Of a DNA stretch of 53,104 nt, positions 36,241 to 51,479 are shown piece after piece. Source of the DNA: Chromera velia (Eukaryota); the NCBI GenBank assembly GCA_018398765.1, contig JAHBMJ010000248.1:1-53104 (forward strand), in the 5' to 3' direction. The notes beneath the pieces were generated by a model. It saw only the letters and a list, made by a program, of their open reading frames with translations. It was not told the origin of the DNA and did no database searches. Positions within the stretch are counted from its first letter, which is position 1. The number at the start of each line of letters is the position of its first letter. The translations under genes were made by a program, and so were the position numbers.

Positions 36241-39200
36241 TCTTAACACCTTTCTGCAGGAGACACTTATGAGCTTTCCAAACAGAGCCGCAAATTTTTG
36301 AAGGCGGTGACCCCTCCTGACGCCGTTCCCGTTCCAGAGGAAAAGAAGAGAACCGACGTCTACTTGGCATGCGAGCCGCGCCCTGCCGAGAAGGTCCTCC
36401 TGCCTCCGAGAGGTGCAGACGCCTCGGGGGGGGCAGAGGGTCTTCCCCCAATTGTGCCCGGCGGAGGCGGGACGGGGGATGGAGGTGGTGAGGCCTCCCC
36501 CTCCTCTCCTGAAGGCGGTCAGGAGGCAGCAGGCGGCACAGAGCAACTGGAGGCTCTAGCACGTGCTGCAGGGACTTCCAGTAACGTCAAAATATCAGCC
36601 AACCTCCAGACAGCCCATTCAATCTGGCCCATCATCAGAGGCCGAAATCCTCCACTAGACTACCAACCGCAACCAGACCCTGATGCCGACCCAAAAGGAA
36701 AAGGAAAAGGAAAGGCCAAAGCAAAGCCAAAGCCCAAACCCAAACCCAAGGCAAAGGCCGATGCACGCACAGGCACGCCTTCCACCCAGACCGGAGGAGT
36801 GTCTACAATGTCCCCAACTTATTTCTCTCGACCAGTAACAACACTAGGAAATACCTGGGAAGGTCTCACCACAGCTCCCCGTGCCGCCTTTACTCCCTAC
36901 AGTCACGAGGGAAGATATGCAGAAGACACACTCGCAACAGTACCCGTCCCTCCCCTTCCACCAGGCTCACGCGGACGCGACGCCTGGACCTCCCGCCCCA
37001 ATTCCGCCTTCACCCTCTCCCCCCCCTACTCCCGAGTCCAAACTCCAGGCCAAGTTGCGAGGTCACGAGTTCTGAACCCCAACATAAATTGGAGGATGCT
37101 GGGGCCAGGATGGCAGTACAAGGGGGGGGTCGGGGGGGGACCCTTCACCCCTGACGGCACCCCGATTTACACCCCAGGGTCTCACGGAGACGGGGTGAAG
37201 AGACCCAAAACCTCATACATGTCGACTTCGGGGAGGACATCCACCTTCATGGGCAGACCGGGGACCAGCATTAGTGGCGTAGGAGTGTCGGGAATGCGGA
37301 CGGAGACCCCGATGGCCATGTTCAGGGGACTCGACGGGGCGCCCATCCCTGGAGAGCAGACCCCTGCTGCAGGAGGAGGGGGATTGGGCACACCCACACC
37401 CACGCCAGGAGCCCGAATGTCTGCGATGTCCGAGATGGCTGCGGGGGGGCGTGCAATGACTTCGCAGGGAATGAGAAGCCCTTGGGACCCTGTGGGGGAA
37501 ATAGACCCGAGGCTTCATGAGGTGGAACAGTCAGTCTCTCTCTCTCTCTTTCTCTCCGCCTGTCTCTCTCTGTGGGGGGATGGATGCATGACACCATCTG
37601 CGGCCGTCCCTGTGCATGTGTGCGTCTGTCTGCTGTGTAGATGTGGCTGCGTCCTTCTCTGCCTTTCGATGTGAGCTCGCACGCATGGATTGGTCTAACG
37701 TCCTGTATGTGTGCGGATGGTTGAATGTGTTTTTGGCAAATGCAAAGCCGTGCGCATGCAGGTGTTGGTGTTTGACTGTAGGGTGGCTTGTGAAGGTTCC
37801 TCCTTGAAAACGTGTGTGTGTGTCTGTCTGTGTGTGTTTGTGTGTGGTGCAGCAACGGAATGGCCCGATGGGTCACAGAAATGAACCGGAAGCTCGTTGC
37901 AAAACGGTGAGTCTTCCTTCGTGGGCTTTGTCGGAGCTGTACTGGAGCACATTTGTTTTATGTTTGCCTGTTTTCCTTTTTCCTCCCTACTTTGCTGTCT
38001 TCTCACAGAAGTGTCGCCTCACTCTCTGCTCGACGCCTTTCAGAAACAAAACACAGCCCTTGCCAACTTCCCTTTCGTCTCTCCCCGCCTCTTCCCCTTT
38101 TCGGTTCTTTTGGTCCGTTGCGCTGTCTCATTTTCTCAACCTCTCTTCATGTTTGCGTGTGTTTGTCTATATTAATGTTTGTCTATGTGTCCATTCTGCA
38201 GGGTGAGGAGGTCGACAGAGGAAGCCCTGAGGGAGTGGGAATCCTCCTCTGCCAACATCGAGAATGAAGCCACATGGTCGGTTGGTTGGTCGGTTGGTTG
38301 GGAAGTGTGCATGAGAGAAAAGGGGCAGATACGGGAAAGAGGGAGACTCCAATTATTCATACAATCTCCAAAGGAATGAAAACAAACAGCAGGAAACAAA
38401 CTACAGCTGGGATTTTTTTTTTAACTTGAAAGATCGTGGTGTGAATCTTGAGGAGGCTCCTGCATGGACATGCGATCTCCTGAGCACATCTACGACGGCA
38501 TGCAAGGGTCTTCAGTCCTCTTTCTATTGCCTTTGATGGAGCCTTTCAGCCTTTATGTTTATCTGTCTGCGTGTCTGCCTGTCTGCCTGTCTGCCTGTCT
38601 GCAGGCGTCTCCATTCAAGTCGTTGGTTGAGAGAGGTTATGCGCCAACGGTGAGTTAATCAACAGTCAAATAGATGACAGCATTGTTCACTACAACACCT
38701 AAGAAAAACCCTACATCGATGGCAGGCACATCCATCCTGATCTCATCTGACCCCCCCCCCTCTCCCAGTTCCTCTCCTCTCGTTTGACTCCACAGAGACT
38801 CCCTGAAAAGTTCCTCTCCCTCTTCTGGCATCAGCTCTGTAGCAAGAGAAGTTTTCTTTTTCCGACAGCAAATCGCGATTGATTGACGTGGGACCCCTCA
38901 CTGAGCTGTTATTTCGTTTGACCTTTTGTTGATCTGGCTTCCTTCCACCCTCCCTTTTCTCCCCCCTGTTCGTGCAGACGCCTGCAGCCCCACTCGAACG
39001 CCGACAGAGATCCCCAAGAGGAGTGGGACGAGCACCTGGAGGGAGTGAAGGCGGCAGAGCGGCAGAGACTGGAGGCAGAGGACAGGGAGAGGAGGGGGGT
39101 GACAGGCTCAGAGGACGGCAGTGACGATGAGGAGGATGGGAAGAAGAAGAAAAAGGAGCCGCCCGAAGTCATTCCTCCGATGAAGGTTCGTCTCATGCAC

Positions 39201-40857
39201 CTCGTGTCGATGTGTTCTGAGAGAGGGTTCCAGATCGCAAGTGGAAGCAAAGAACGATAACGATCATTTCCGTATTCTCCAAACGGAGATTCCCTGAGAG
39301 GACAAGAAATGCAATGGAAGACAGCAAAAGAAAGAACAACTTTTCGATGGAACCTTCCATGAAAATACACTAAAGCAAACAGATAGGCAGGCAAAGAGAC
39401 AGACAGACAAAGAGACAGACAAACAGACAGAGGGACAACACATAAACAGGCAAACAGACAAGAAGACAGCGAGACAGCAAGAAGGACTCAGGATCAATAG
39501 TGCTGGGCGAATTTTGCTTCCCTGCCTTTCCCACAATTTCCCGCCTTATGTGTTTTCTTTCTGTCCGGCCTCTATGCTGGTTGACATGGCCCCACGAAAA
39601 TTATTGATTCCAGCACGACAGTCTTCCTCCGGAGCCCTGACTAGAGTTGCTTTCAATACGTGTTTGTCCCTATTCAGCTCACTGACCTCACCTGATCTGA
39701 TCTGCAGACTGTGGACATCAGTGACCCTACTGACTTCAGAGCCGCCAGGGAGAGAGAGCAGAAGGCGAAAATGGAGGCGAATGAGGAAGAGGCAACGAGG
39801 AAGAGAAGAATGAACGAGTGGTTCTCTGAACCAATGAGGTGAGTCAATCAGGTTGCATGGACTGAGAGAGCTTCCATCGCTTCAGAAAAGAATGCCCAAG
39901 TTCTCTCTCAAGAGGGCGCACAGCTCCCGGGCAGGCCATTCGTTCCCTCTCTCTTTTTCATGTTCTCCCTTCTTTCCCTTGTGATGCACATCTCTTATTG
40001 ACTTTTTTGCCTTCTTGTTTCCACCCGTCTGTCCGTAATCCTTTCTCTCCTCCTTGCTTCCTTCCGCTCGCTCCTTTCTGCTCCTCTTCTATTTCTGAAG
40101 ACATCCACTTCTCATCTGACGACTCAAATTTTCTGACCGTCTGCCTACCTGTCTGCTTGTTTGCAGACTACCTACAGAGGTGAAACAAATCCGAAAGATC
40201 TACCGGGACAGCCTCATGATTGTCAGTGCTCTCTTCTTCCTGCATGGTCCTGACTAAAGAACAAATAGGGATGACAGGCAATTTTCTTTTTCTTGGCTGT
40301 TTTTTTCCCCAGCTCTGAACTGTCCTGTCTTCTTTTCTGCTCTCCCTGTGATTGCTGTCACTAAAAAGTAGCGCAGACAGGGCAAACAGAATAGCTGAAA
40401 AAGTGCCCCTTCCGTTCATAGCCCTCCCGGTCCCTCCCTCTCCTGCAGAATCCCTTGAAGCCTGTGGAGATTGCTGCCCCCGACGAGACGGACATCGACT
40501 CTTGGGTCCACGTCTCCTCTGCCCCCGCCGCCATGTTCGACTCTCTCCAGGGAGACAGGGGGTTCGCCAGAGAGCTCGCCTTCTGTGAGTTGAGGAAGGG
40601 CTGGGACACTAACATGAAACCCCTCAGGGATGCCTTCGGGGGTGACAACACGAAGCCTGTGGGTTGGCTCCACAAACCGTTGCGGGGAAAGAAACTACAG
40701 GAACAAGTTGCTAAGGAGGAGGCAGAGAAGCTGGCTCGAGCACGTCAGTCTTTGTTGTCTCTCTTCTTCCCCAAACAAGACAGCGCGGCCGGTGGGCCGT
40801 TAATGTTTGTCTCAAAAAAAGAATGGAGGCAAGCTGGTTATTTTTGAGCAGAGCTGC

Positions 40858-40921
<64 letters not shown>

Positions 40922-42149
40922 CTGTCTGTCTGTCTGTCTGTGGAGCTGCCTTCCTTCTCCTTGTCATAATCTCGAGCAGTGAGAGTGAGTGTCGCAAGCT
41001 GAGTTGTCTTCACTCAGGCAACTGTCACATCCTCAGTCTACTCCTCCCTTCTCCTGTCTCACTTTTGCCTTCCCAACGTGAGGGATCTCATTGACAAGTC
41101 ATGGGAGAATTCTGCCAGACTGTTTCATGCAAGCCTAATAGTCGTTCAGTGTTGTGCATTCTCAACCGTGTGCGTGTGCGATTGCGGTCTGCATGAACGG
41201 ATGGGTGCGAGCAGCCCCGAAGCTGGAGCCAGGAGAGCTGAACTCTTCCCTCCAGTGCATGTTCGAGATCAGAAGGAAGCAGCTCCTCGAGGCAGAGAAG
41301 GTCAAAGATCTCCTCGGTGAGTCACTCCGACAAGCAGCCAGGCAAGCAGTGAGGCAGTCACGCAAGCGGGCTTGCGGCCGGGTGGGCGGAGAAAAAGGGA
41401 GAACGGAACAGAAGAGAAGAGAAGAGAAGAGAACGGGAGAGAAGATGAGAAAATGATGCGAATACACAGACAGAAGCATGCTTGCTGGGAGTCACTCAAG
41501 TCCAACGGCAAGGCAGAAAGTGGGAAGAAGCTGGAACTTCAAGGAAGACGTGCAGGTGTTATGGTCTGTTTGGGGGTATGTCCCTCTCTCGATCTAAATG
41601 AAGCCCTTTTCCTTAATTCTTGATCGAAGTGCTGGATTGATCGATCGTTGATGCACTGAATGCATGCATGCAGGGTACCTCCCGATGCCCACGGAGGACT
41701 ACGCTCTCCCGAGATTAGAGTTCAACGAAAAGTGAGTAGGTTAACTGGGGGGGGGTGGGGGTCAATGATGGGGGATATGTTTCTCTTTCGGGCTGCTTTT
41801 TCGATTGTCTCTTTCTTTCTGTCCTATTCGCTTACGTGCATACCTAGTTTCTTTCTTATTCTCTCCTCTTCCCCCTCCCCCTCCCGCTGGCTTTCGTTTT
41901 CTAGCTTTCCATCCTCTTTCCCTTCAGAAGTGACATAATTCTGTCGACTCACCTAGGTAACCGAGCAGGGCGCTCTCTTTGCTTCTGACACAATGCGCGC
42001 AAACTTCAAGAGACAAAAGCATACTCATTCGGATACAAAGGTGCACCTCTGCATATCTTGTCCAAGTGACGCGTGGCTTCATTGTCGATTTTGAAGAGCT
42101 TCAAAGAGGTACGGAGCTCAGCCCTTGACCCTACTTGTCTCTCCATACC

Positions 42150-42222
<73 letters not shown>

Positions 42223-42367
42223 GACTGAATGTGGGTGTATGTGTGTATGTGTATCGCTTGTGTGCAGCGTGATGCTTCCTTTTGGACCTCCCCGTCTCCT
42301 GATCAACCCGCTGTACGAGCCTCCAAACAAAAAGAAGAAGAAGGGGAAAAAGGGAAAGAAGAAATGA
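35934..42367 (+). CDS. Hypothetical multi-exon protein; exon 1 35934..36123, exon 2 from 36260, later exons near 38202, 38604, 38977, 39707, 40448, 41210, 41673, 42268; ends in a Lys-rich tail
   Basis: Phase-1 intron 36124-36259 (GTCAGT..TGCAG) joins the ORFs; later coding blocks follow polypyrimidine/TGCAG acceptors; terminal PPNKKKKKGKKGKKK*. Confidence 0.55.
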
Positions 42368-44036
42368 GTAGAGCACTGTGAGTAAGAAGAGATGTCTCGA
42401 GGTCCTCAAGCGGGTCCAGTGTTATGGTCTGTGTTTTTTCATTGAATTGTAAGCCATGGTTTCAAAAAGTCTTAAAACTTTTAAGCTGTTATTTATGGGT
42501 ATTTATGGGATACTTCAGCAGGTGAAATGCCTATATACAACTATGAAATATCATGTTTAACACTAGGATTAGCATCATATTCTAAAGTTTAATAACTGTA
42601 ATGAATGAGTAGCAACCAAGCTGAACAAGGAAGCCTGGAGGACAAGGCCCCCAGCTGGACACACTGCTGAAAGCTTTGCAGTAAATGTTGTTTTTTTTGC
42701 TTTTTTGTTTCGAATCCTTGTCAACCTGTCACGCGGTGTCATTCATAATGAGGTGCTCCGGGTTCCGTACCAGAGAGATAGACGGACTCAGCCTGGTTGA
42801 AGCAAGGGACTTGAGGGACTGGATCAGCATTCGGTAGCTTTTGAGGCTCACCTCCATCTTTCTACTTGTGTGTTGTGCTGTCTCTTTCTGCAGAGGGACT
42901 CCTCCGGCCCTGAATTACTCAACACTTTTGCGTGTACATTTCTTCCATGCCAAACAAAGCAGAGAGGTTTGGACAACTTACAGGGGAAGTTGCTTACCTG
43001 CCTGGTCGTCGTCTGCTTGGCAGTTATTCATTGAAGGAGCACAGCGCAAACTTGTTCTGAAGATACGTTTGGCCATGAGTCCCTGCCATAGCTGTTGCGA
43101 TGAGCAGGGATCTAGGTTCAGGATCTTTCAAAGGAATCTAGTCGACAAATGTTGATTATGGAAAGACAAATATATCGTCAAATAATAGAAGACAATCAAG
43201 TATTCTGCAAATTTAATGACTGCACCAACTTTCGTCGATCTCCGTTTCAGATCGTTGAAATCGATCCACGTGTTACGTGACGTGTGCGTCCGACATGAGT
43301 CCGACGATCGTCTCTGCATGCGCGCGGGCGCCCCGCTCCGTGCGCGGCCCCGCTCGATCCGCGGGGCCTGCGCCGCGGGGCCACATGCATCATCCGGCCT
43401 CTGGATCGACGTTCCATGAACAAGCTTTTCACAGGTCAGATCGAACAACCGATGGAGATTACACTGTGTATCGGACCATATATGCAGGGAAAGCCTAAAA
43501 ATTTGGGATTGATGGAAAGCACGTGTCACAAGGCACCCACAGGCAGATGTACAGACAAGACGCTGGGTGTTTGACTTCCTTGTGTTGCTTCGTCGGTCGG
43601 CAACCTGTTGTTTGACTTCTCTGTGTTGCTCACAGAGAGTCAGCGTATTTTTCACCTCTTTCAACCGTGCAGCAGTTTCCACCATCCAAAGGAAGCTACT
43701 TTCTGCTCCTAGACTGGCAATCGCTTTCTGTGTGAAAGTGCGGACCCGTAGCAAGACTGAATGGACGACACGAGTCGCTGATCGAGATGCACGAACAGTA
43801 CGGATCTTCCTCGAAGATGACGGCAACGGCTCGATACGAGCTGCTGTCCAGTAAGCAGCTGCATCACAGGAAGCTCTGCACCGCACGACCTGTCATTGCT
43901 GCCTCCAATCGCTTGTTCGAAAAGGTGCTTCAAGGTGAGCTTGAACCCTGAGCTATTCACTCCATTTCCCTTGCGCAACACATATGAAGATAGACACCAG
44001 ATCAGTCACCGACTACGCGATTGTTTTCATCGTTGA

Positions 44037-47000
44037 GTGTGTATGACTGTGTGTGTTCCTGCAGCCCGCGAGAGACGTCATCAGCAAGACCCGAACCTTC
44101 CTTTGCAGGAGAAGGAAGGCCGAGGGCTAGACAGCCGCCCTCCCTTCAGTCTGTCTCCCACAAGGAAGGGCTCTGCGATTCGTGAGGCTCTCAAGTGGAA
44201 GCCCTCCCACGCAAACGGACCACCAGCAGGAAGCGTAGAAGGTTATCAACCTGGCTGTTACCCGACCCTTCTGCCGGACACACTTGCCTTGTGTGACTAC
44301 ACGCAACCTCCCTTTGTCAATTCCTCCGCACTTGCGTGTTACGACGAGTCTCTATCGACATCCGGACTCTTCAAGGACGCCCACGGAGGTTCTGATTATC
44401 CCAACACAGCACCCACACACCCAGGAGCAGTTCCCAGAGGGGAGAGGCGGTCCAGAGAGAGGGGAGAGAGGGAGAGGGCCCCTCGTCACCCCACAGCGAC
44501 AAGGGAGGAGAAAGCCTACGCCTTGATAGGCCGACCACGTCTCGTGGAGACGTCCGGGGCCAGCCAGACGCAGACTGCACGAAGCACAGCCCGACTAGAC
44601 CGAGACGACCCCATGCCTTGGCAGTCCCACACGGAGAGGGGGGCCCGCCTAGTTGCCGCAGCGACAACAACAGCCGAAACAACAGCGACAGACACGCAGA
44701 TGCAAACTACGTCCAAGAAACAGAGACAGGTAACAAGACGCAGTTACACAAACGCCCATACCAGCCCCTCAGTTGGGGCTCACGGAAATCCAAACGACCG
44801 CACAGGAGAGACCGAATGTATGCCTGCAAGCAAAGCAAAGGAAAGAGAAAGAGACCCTATGGACTCTGCAGAAGATCTGCTCATGACTCTCTACGCTAGA
44901 GAGAGGGGGGGTAACGAGGCGCCCCTCTCTTCCCTTGCAAAGAGAAAAGCTGCTCTTGCTTCCCTCTCAAGGCCTTCTCAGGCCATTCCAGCCAATCCAC
45001 ATATGATGTCCGCACCCAGACGCCGCGCCACCTCCCTTGCTCCTCCCACCATTCCGCGAAGACCCCCCATTCCCGCATCTGCTGCCGCAAATCGTGAGAG
45101 GGGGGGGGGCGGTAGGCAGCAGATGCAATCCTCGTCCTTTCTCTCCGGTCTTCCGGGTGTCGGTGGAGGCTTTGCGGGTCTGCGAAACTCCTTTGCCCTT
45201 CCTGCTGCGTGTGTGTTGCCCTCTCTTGACCTCCCGCTCGGCACCCCCGACTCTCTGGGTGGGCAGAAGCCGTTGAGAAAATCGGAATACGCGCAGTTGG
45301 ACGAACACTTCTCTGCCCCCTCCCCTCCCCCCTTTCCCGAACCCCTTCAGCACAGACGCTACGCCAAGAGGTCGGGTGTCAGTGATGCAGCTGCCTTTCT
45401 AGCAGCAAGAGAAGTTGAGATGTACGGGGTGCAGCAGGAGTATCGGAAATCTTCAGGACAACCTCCGAGACGAGCAGCAACAGCGGACGAAAGAAGAAGC
45501 AAAGGTAGAAATGCCCCACCGTCTGTCCCCATGTGTGCTCGTACACACAGACAAGACCTCGCTGTGCTCCCCCCCCCGCCCGCGTCTGCGGCCTCTTCTA
45601 GAGCCCAGCAGCACGAGAAGGGCTTGAGGAGACACACCAAGGTGCTGGAAGCAGCGAGAGACACGATGGAAAGTGCAGCTGCCATTCGAAATTTGAAGAC
45701 GAAGTCTCGAATGGGAGTCCGAGTCTCTGTCCCTTCTGGGGGGGGGCTTGTTGGGTTTCCCTCTTCTGCCTCTATTCTGTCTCCGGGGGCAGGAGGAGAG
45801 AACGAAGACGTGAAAGCGCAACGGTCGCGGTCTCGTGACACGCTGGGCACCAAGTTGGGGGGTTCCCTTCTGATTGATGGGGGGGGTGGAGGGAGCGGAG
45901 GTGCAGAGAGAATGATGCAAGCAGAGTCGAGGAGACGTTTTGGCCCCCCGAGGGATTTGAAGATCGGGGGGATCGAAGAAGCGATGCAGTCTCCTCCTTC
46001 GTCTCAACCTCTAGGGAGTGAGGGGGAGGGGACAGGATGTGGAGGTCAGATTGCCAACAGAGATCTTGCTCTTGCCACTCTCCCTCAGGGTGGAAAGGCA
46101 GAGAAAGAGGGAGACGATGATGGAAATCTAGAGGGTCAATTCAAAGAGGACAAAGAGGGGCTGTCTGAGGACAAATTAGCCCTCCGAGACGGGGACGCAG
46201 AAGGAAATGAGTGGAGTCCTGAGCCCATCCCCCCTCTGAAGGGTCATAATTCGTCTCTTTCTCTGTCCCCTTCCCACCTAGCTCTGTTGAATGATTCGAT
46301 TTTCCAGACCATCTCGCAGATCTCTTCAACCTCGGGGGGGACACGCACGGGAAGGAGTCGGCGCCCATCTCAGTCGCAGCAGACAAAGACAAAGGGCAGG
46401 TATGGAGGAAAGAAAAGCGGCAGAGTATCAAAATTCAACGCCCCATCCAACGCACAAGAGACAAGCGCAGGTCTCCATGGTCGAAAGAATTCGCATCCTC
46501 GAGGCCGTCAGGTTGCTTTTGGCATGCACTCAAGTGAGGGGGTGGGAACGGACACAGAAAGAGAAGGGGAGGTTCGGGAAGAAGAGGAAGAGGCTGGTCA
46601 CTCTCTTTTGTCTCATGGGAGAGGAACCGGAAAGGGGCACAGACAAGGACGTGGTCCTTTCGGAGCCCCTCCCCCTCTCCCCCCGCCTCCTAACGGTTTA
46701 TGTCCCTTCTCCCCTCTGGGCCTTCATCCCGACCACGACTTTGCCAAACTCCAACAACGAAACTTCCTCAGCCTCTGCCGAACCCCACCCGAACTCTCGC
46801 CTTCCAATTCCCTGATGCATCCTGCACACTCAAACATCTTCCCTACTGCTCCAAATGAGCCGCTGCACAGTCAACCCTTTACACATCCTTTTCCATCACA
46901 CGCAATCGATCTCGGAAACCTCTCCCCTTCCAACGTTCTCAATCCTCACTCACCCTCGCCTTCACACTCTGCTGCTTTGGACCTCCACAAACAGAAGGGC

Positions 47001-48920
47001 TTTGCAAAAAGAAGCATGAGCTCTCCCGCTTTTCGAACGTCCTCCTTGGACTTTCAGAAGGAAGACGAAAATGAACATAGCCCTGAAGGCATAAATGGAG
47101 ACGGGCTTCCGCCCCCCCCATTTTCTTCTGCCCCTTTTCGGCGAAACTTCGAATCACACAGACAGAAACCACACAGCAGGAGGGCCGCAACTTCCAACCC
47201 AAGAAACAACATGATCAAAGCAGAACACAGCTACTCCTATCCCTTCCTGCCTCAGGAACTCCCTCCGTCGTTCCTTTCTCCAACCGCACATCCCTTTCTC
47301 TTTCCATTTCCCCACCCACAGCAGCAGTTGTGGGGTTTCTCTGTTGCCCCGGGCATGCCTTTCACAAGGAATGCATCTGGCCACGGTGTTTCTCTTGAAG
47401 GCGGGTGCAGTCCGTTTGTAGCCTTCCCCTTCCTCTCTCCCACCATGCCTCCTACTCGACCCGTAGGAAGGGGGGGGCAGCCGCACAAGCAGAGGACAAA
47501 AGCGCGCCCCTCCTCCTCCCCGCTCCCGCCGTCCCTTTCACCTGGTGGAGCTGGAGTTTCCTCTCTTGGCGCCCGTCTCGTAGAGAGTGGCCGCGTCAGC
47601 AGGCTTGGAATTCACTCAGCTGGACACAGGCCGATGCGCAGACGACAGAAGCACGGGCAAACCCAGAACCAGAGTGCAGCAGGAGCACTCAGGGGAGGTA
47701 TGCAGGCCGAAACTGGAGACGAGGAAACGCCAGCCATGTGAGTTACACTCAGAAATGCATTTTGTGTCGGGGTGGGATTCCTGTTCCGCTAGGCCGTTGG
47801 GGCTGTTTGCACTACCATGCACTCTCTGCTTCTTTCACTCCGTCATTCTCTCCATGCTTCTCTCTCTGCCCATTGATCAACATGCTTCTTTCTTCACTCC
47901 GTCATTCTCTCCATGCTTCTCTCTCTGCCCATTGATCAACATGCTTCTTTCTTCACTCCGTCATTCTCTCCATGCTTCTCTCTCTGCCCATTGATCAACA
48001 TGCCATTTCTTTCATTCATTCCAAGTTTCTTTGAGAAAAAAAAAAGACCAAAAACAAAGACTTGATTTCCATATGTCTACCTCTTTTGGTTTTCGTTTCC
48101 TTTTTTGGTCGAGGCACCAGTTGCCTTTCCTCCTTTGCTCCGGTGAATCAAGTGATACCACATGAGTTGGTGCAGTGCCAGTAGCGTTGGGACGGGACTG
48201 CGGCTGGCTAGCAGCAGCGACCTGACCGCCTCCCCCTCCAACGTGAACAGGTCGCCTTTCGGACTTGGGGAGGCTGAACTCGTCAAACTGGCCTTGCAGA
48301 CGGTGAGTCAGTGAGTAAGGATGAATGGCTTAATTGCCTAGCTCTTCAAAAGGCATTCACAGTGGTCTAGTGGGGACTGGGTGAAAGTCCCTTGGAAGGA
48401 ATGGGGGGGTGAGGGGAAGGAAGGAAGGATGGAAGGAAGGAAGGAAGGAAAAAAGAAAAAGAAGCAAGAGAACTAACTCCACTTTCTCGAGACGATCGGA
48501 TGAGGATCCCTTCCGAATCTCACTGACGCACGCAAAGCGACATGGAGCTTCCGGTTGCACATGATGTTCACTGTGATTGTTTCTTATCTTCTGAACGCTT
48601 AGGCAGATTTCCTCTTCCAAAGTAGGGCCCTTGCTGTTTTCTGATTTTTTTCAATCGTTTGCTTCTCCTCTTTTTTTCTGCTCCTTTCCTGCAGGGTCTA
48701 GGGTCCAAGTGGTGCGAGCAGGGGATGGCTGGATTGACTGCATCTGCCCTCTCCCCTTCTCCTGGAAACCCGCGGTTGAATGCGCATCACACCTGTAGAG
48801 AATCTGGTCAGTCAATCTTTCTCGATCGTGACCTCTCTCCGTGTTTTCGTGACTTGCTCCTCCCGTTTTTGCTTCTCTCCCTCTTCAGAATGAAAAGCGA
48901 ATCAACCAAATTCCTTTCCA

Positions 48921-48958
<38 letters not shown>

Positions 48959-51479
48959 GCTTGTCCTCTGCATCATCACGACCAGCACTCTCTCCCTACC
49001 GCTCCCTGCCTCCTTGCAGCAAAGGGACAGCAGAACCAGACTGTGTCCAGACAGCAGACCACAGTCGAGAAAGACCGTCTCCATAAGGTTCTGGCAAATG
49101 AGATATCTGACTGGTACTTCGCAGACCGTCCCTGCTCTCTCCTCAAACACCACCAGGCACTCAGACGCTTCCGTGCCTCTGTCAAGGAGCCCTCCCGTTT
49201 GAGCCACACATTCGCACGTCTTGCCTCAACCCCCACTCAGTCTCAGAACACTCAAACACAGCAAAAACAAAAAGGAACCGAACCAAAGAAGAAAAATACA
49301 AAACAGAAATACTCCCTCAACCCATCGCTTCCCGTCTCGTCTACACAGAAGCAGGAAGATGCCCCCCCTCCCCCCCCAGTTCCCTCTTTAGGAGCTTCTG
49401 GAAGCAGGGAAGCTCTAAAGAAGTCTTTACATGATACTGCTCCAAAGCCCAGCGTCTTGCCGTCTGCCCAGCCTCGTCCTTCCTCCCGCAGTCGTGTGTG
49501 CGGTCCCCTCTCCCTCCCTGCGACCGCCCTCCACTCCACTCAGTCCACGGCTCGGAAGGATGGAGTGGCACCAAGGAGAGCCGCCACTCAGAGAACTGTG
49601 GGGGGCCCTGCAGCACATCTTCAGAACAAAATGAACGGCACAAAACCCGCCGGACCCACACAGCAGAGGAAGGAGAGACCCGCCCCCCGTCGACGCCCCG
49701 AAGCAGAGGCAGGACGCACAAGGGGTCCCCCTGTTCCTGCCACACACCCAGCCATGCGCCTAGTGGCCCCGCAAATTAACTCCGCCAATCTTGACGAAGC
49801 TCACCCTCCCTCCTCACCCCCCGAAGACCCTCCCCTATCGTCTTCTCCAGCCAAGGACCCAACAGACGACGCACCTCCGTCCAGTGGAGTCCAAAACAAA
49901 AACGAAGAACTTGCAGATGCGGACCGAAACAGAGTCCACTCGAAGTCCGATCATCAAGACGATGAAGGTCCCGTTATTGATCCTAGAGACTACTCGGATA
50001 GACTTGGCAGTCTGTCTGAGGAAGGCATCGAGGAGGCACCGCAAAAGAAGTTGGAGGAGGCGGGAGAAGCAAAGGAAAAGGAGACCCAGGAAAGTCAAAG
50101 AGAAGGGGGGGAAAAGAAGAAGGGAGGAGAAAATCCAGAGACAAGCGAGTCAGAGTACGCCAACGACTTTGCCTCGCCCACCACAAGCCAGTGCGATGTT
50201 TCAGCAGCCGGATCCCCTGACGTTCCTTCCCGGATCTTTCCACCTTCCTCAGACCCAGCTGAGAGTTTGAGTCTTACCGCAGGTGAGTTGGCAAGCGAGT
50301 GCTTATCTGAAATTCAGTTACAGTTGATTGGCCTGCTGAATTACAGACATGACTTCTTTTCTGTTGTGTTTTCTCCTCGGCTTCTCTCGACGGAACAAAA
50401 CGAACGTCTGATTAGGTGAACATGCGCGTCGATGCATCGTTCTGTAGGATTCTAATGTTCCCATATTCTTTCACTCGATGTCATTATTCATGCGGGAGAT
50501 ATGTATGAGAATGTGCGTGGCCTGCATAGCATTGTGGTGCACCTCCATCCATTGACTGCATTCACCTGCAGATGACAAAACTCCTGTATTAGAAGGAGGC
50601 GTAGCAGAAGCCTCTGTAGAGAAAAAAGAAGCCGACAGGGCAAGTGACGAGGAAAACGAAAACGAAAGCGAAGAAGAGACAGGGCTGAATGGAGATCGTC
50701 TGCAGTCAGCTGGTGGGCTTGGGGGGGACGGAGACGGTGAGGGAGACGGAGACGGATTTGAGTCGGATTCAGGGTCTTCTGGTGGGTCTCTGGGCCTCAA
50801 CAGATTCTTTCCCCTCTCCCCAGCGGTCAACTCCCAAAACCGTGCAAGGCCCCAAAACAACAACACCAACCGTTGGAAGCAGCACACAAAGGAACCTCTT
50901 CCTCCGACCCAACAGCTTGTGGGAGGCTCAGCCCTTCTCCTCGGGACTTCACCAGCAGAAGGCACAAAGTCCAGCTCTCCTCTGCAGCCTGAATCTGAAA
51001 ACAAACAGCCTGAGGTGGGCAAAGAAAAAGGGGACCCTCTCCTTAGCTCGGCCACACAGATTGAGGCTGAGGCCGGTCAGGAAGAGATGGACGGTTTGTC
51101 GGGGCATCTGCGTCCCGTCTCCCGTCCGTTCTCTCTGTCCCTCTCTCGCCTCTCCACCGCACACACAAGTGCACCCCCCCTGTCTCGAGGAGGAGGAGAG
51201 GGGGGGATCTCCAGAGGAAGAAGGTGCCGAAAGACCATTTCCGACCGTTCCTCTTCGTCCTCCGGTGTGCAGGACCCCCCTGTGCCTGTGTGGATGCGGA
51301 AAGAGGAGGACGCACCCCTCCCTCAGCAGTCACTGTGCGGGGGGATAGAGGATCCTTCAGTTCTTCCTCAGCACGTTCCGTTGAAATCGAAAGAGGGGCA
51401 CAGGCTCGATGAGCGAACAGATCACCGGGATGCAGCGATGGAGGTCCGAAGAATGGTACAGGGTGTTTTTGGCTCTTGA
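44037..51479 (+). CDS. Very large hypothetical low-complexity (Ser/Pro/Arg/Gly-rich) protein; main blocks ~44040-47737, ~48170-48302, ~48890-50282, ~50571-51479
   Basis: 1234-aa and 586-aa open frames; GTGAGT donors at 47738, 48303, 50283; no recognisable domain; true start uncertain. Confidence 0.55.
47826..48004. repeat. 59-bp tandem repeat, ~3 copies, intronic
   Basis: TTCACTCCGTCATTCTCTCCATGCTTCTCTCTCTGCCCATTGATCAACATG recurs at 59-bp spacing. Confidence 0.9.

Noticed and set aside
42650..43990. ORF 43128-43886 and GC-rich patch 43310-43400 as a gene or MITE
   Set aside because: No recognisable domain, and no clear TIR/TSD pair could be defined
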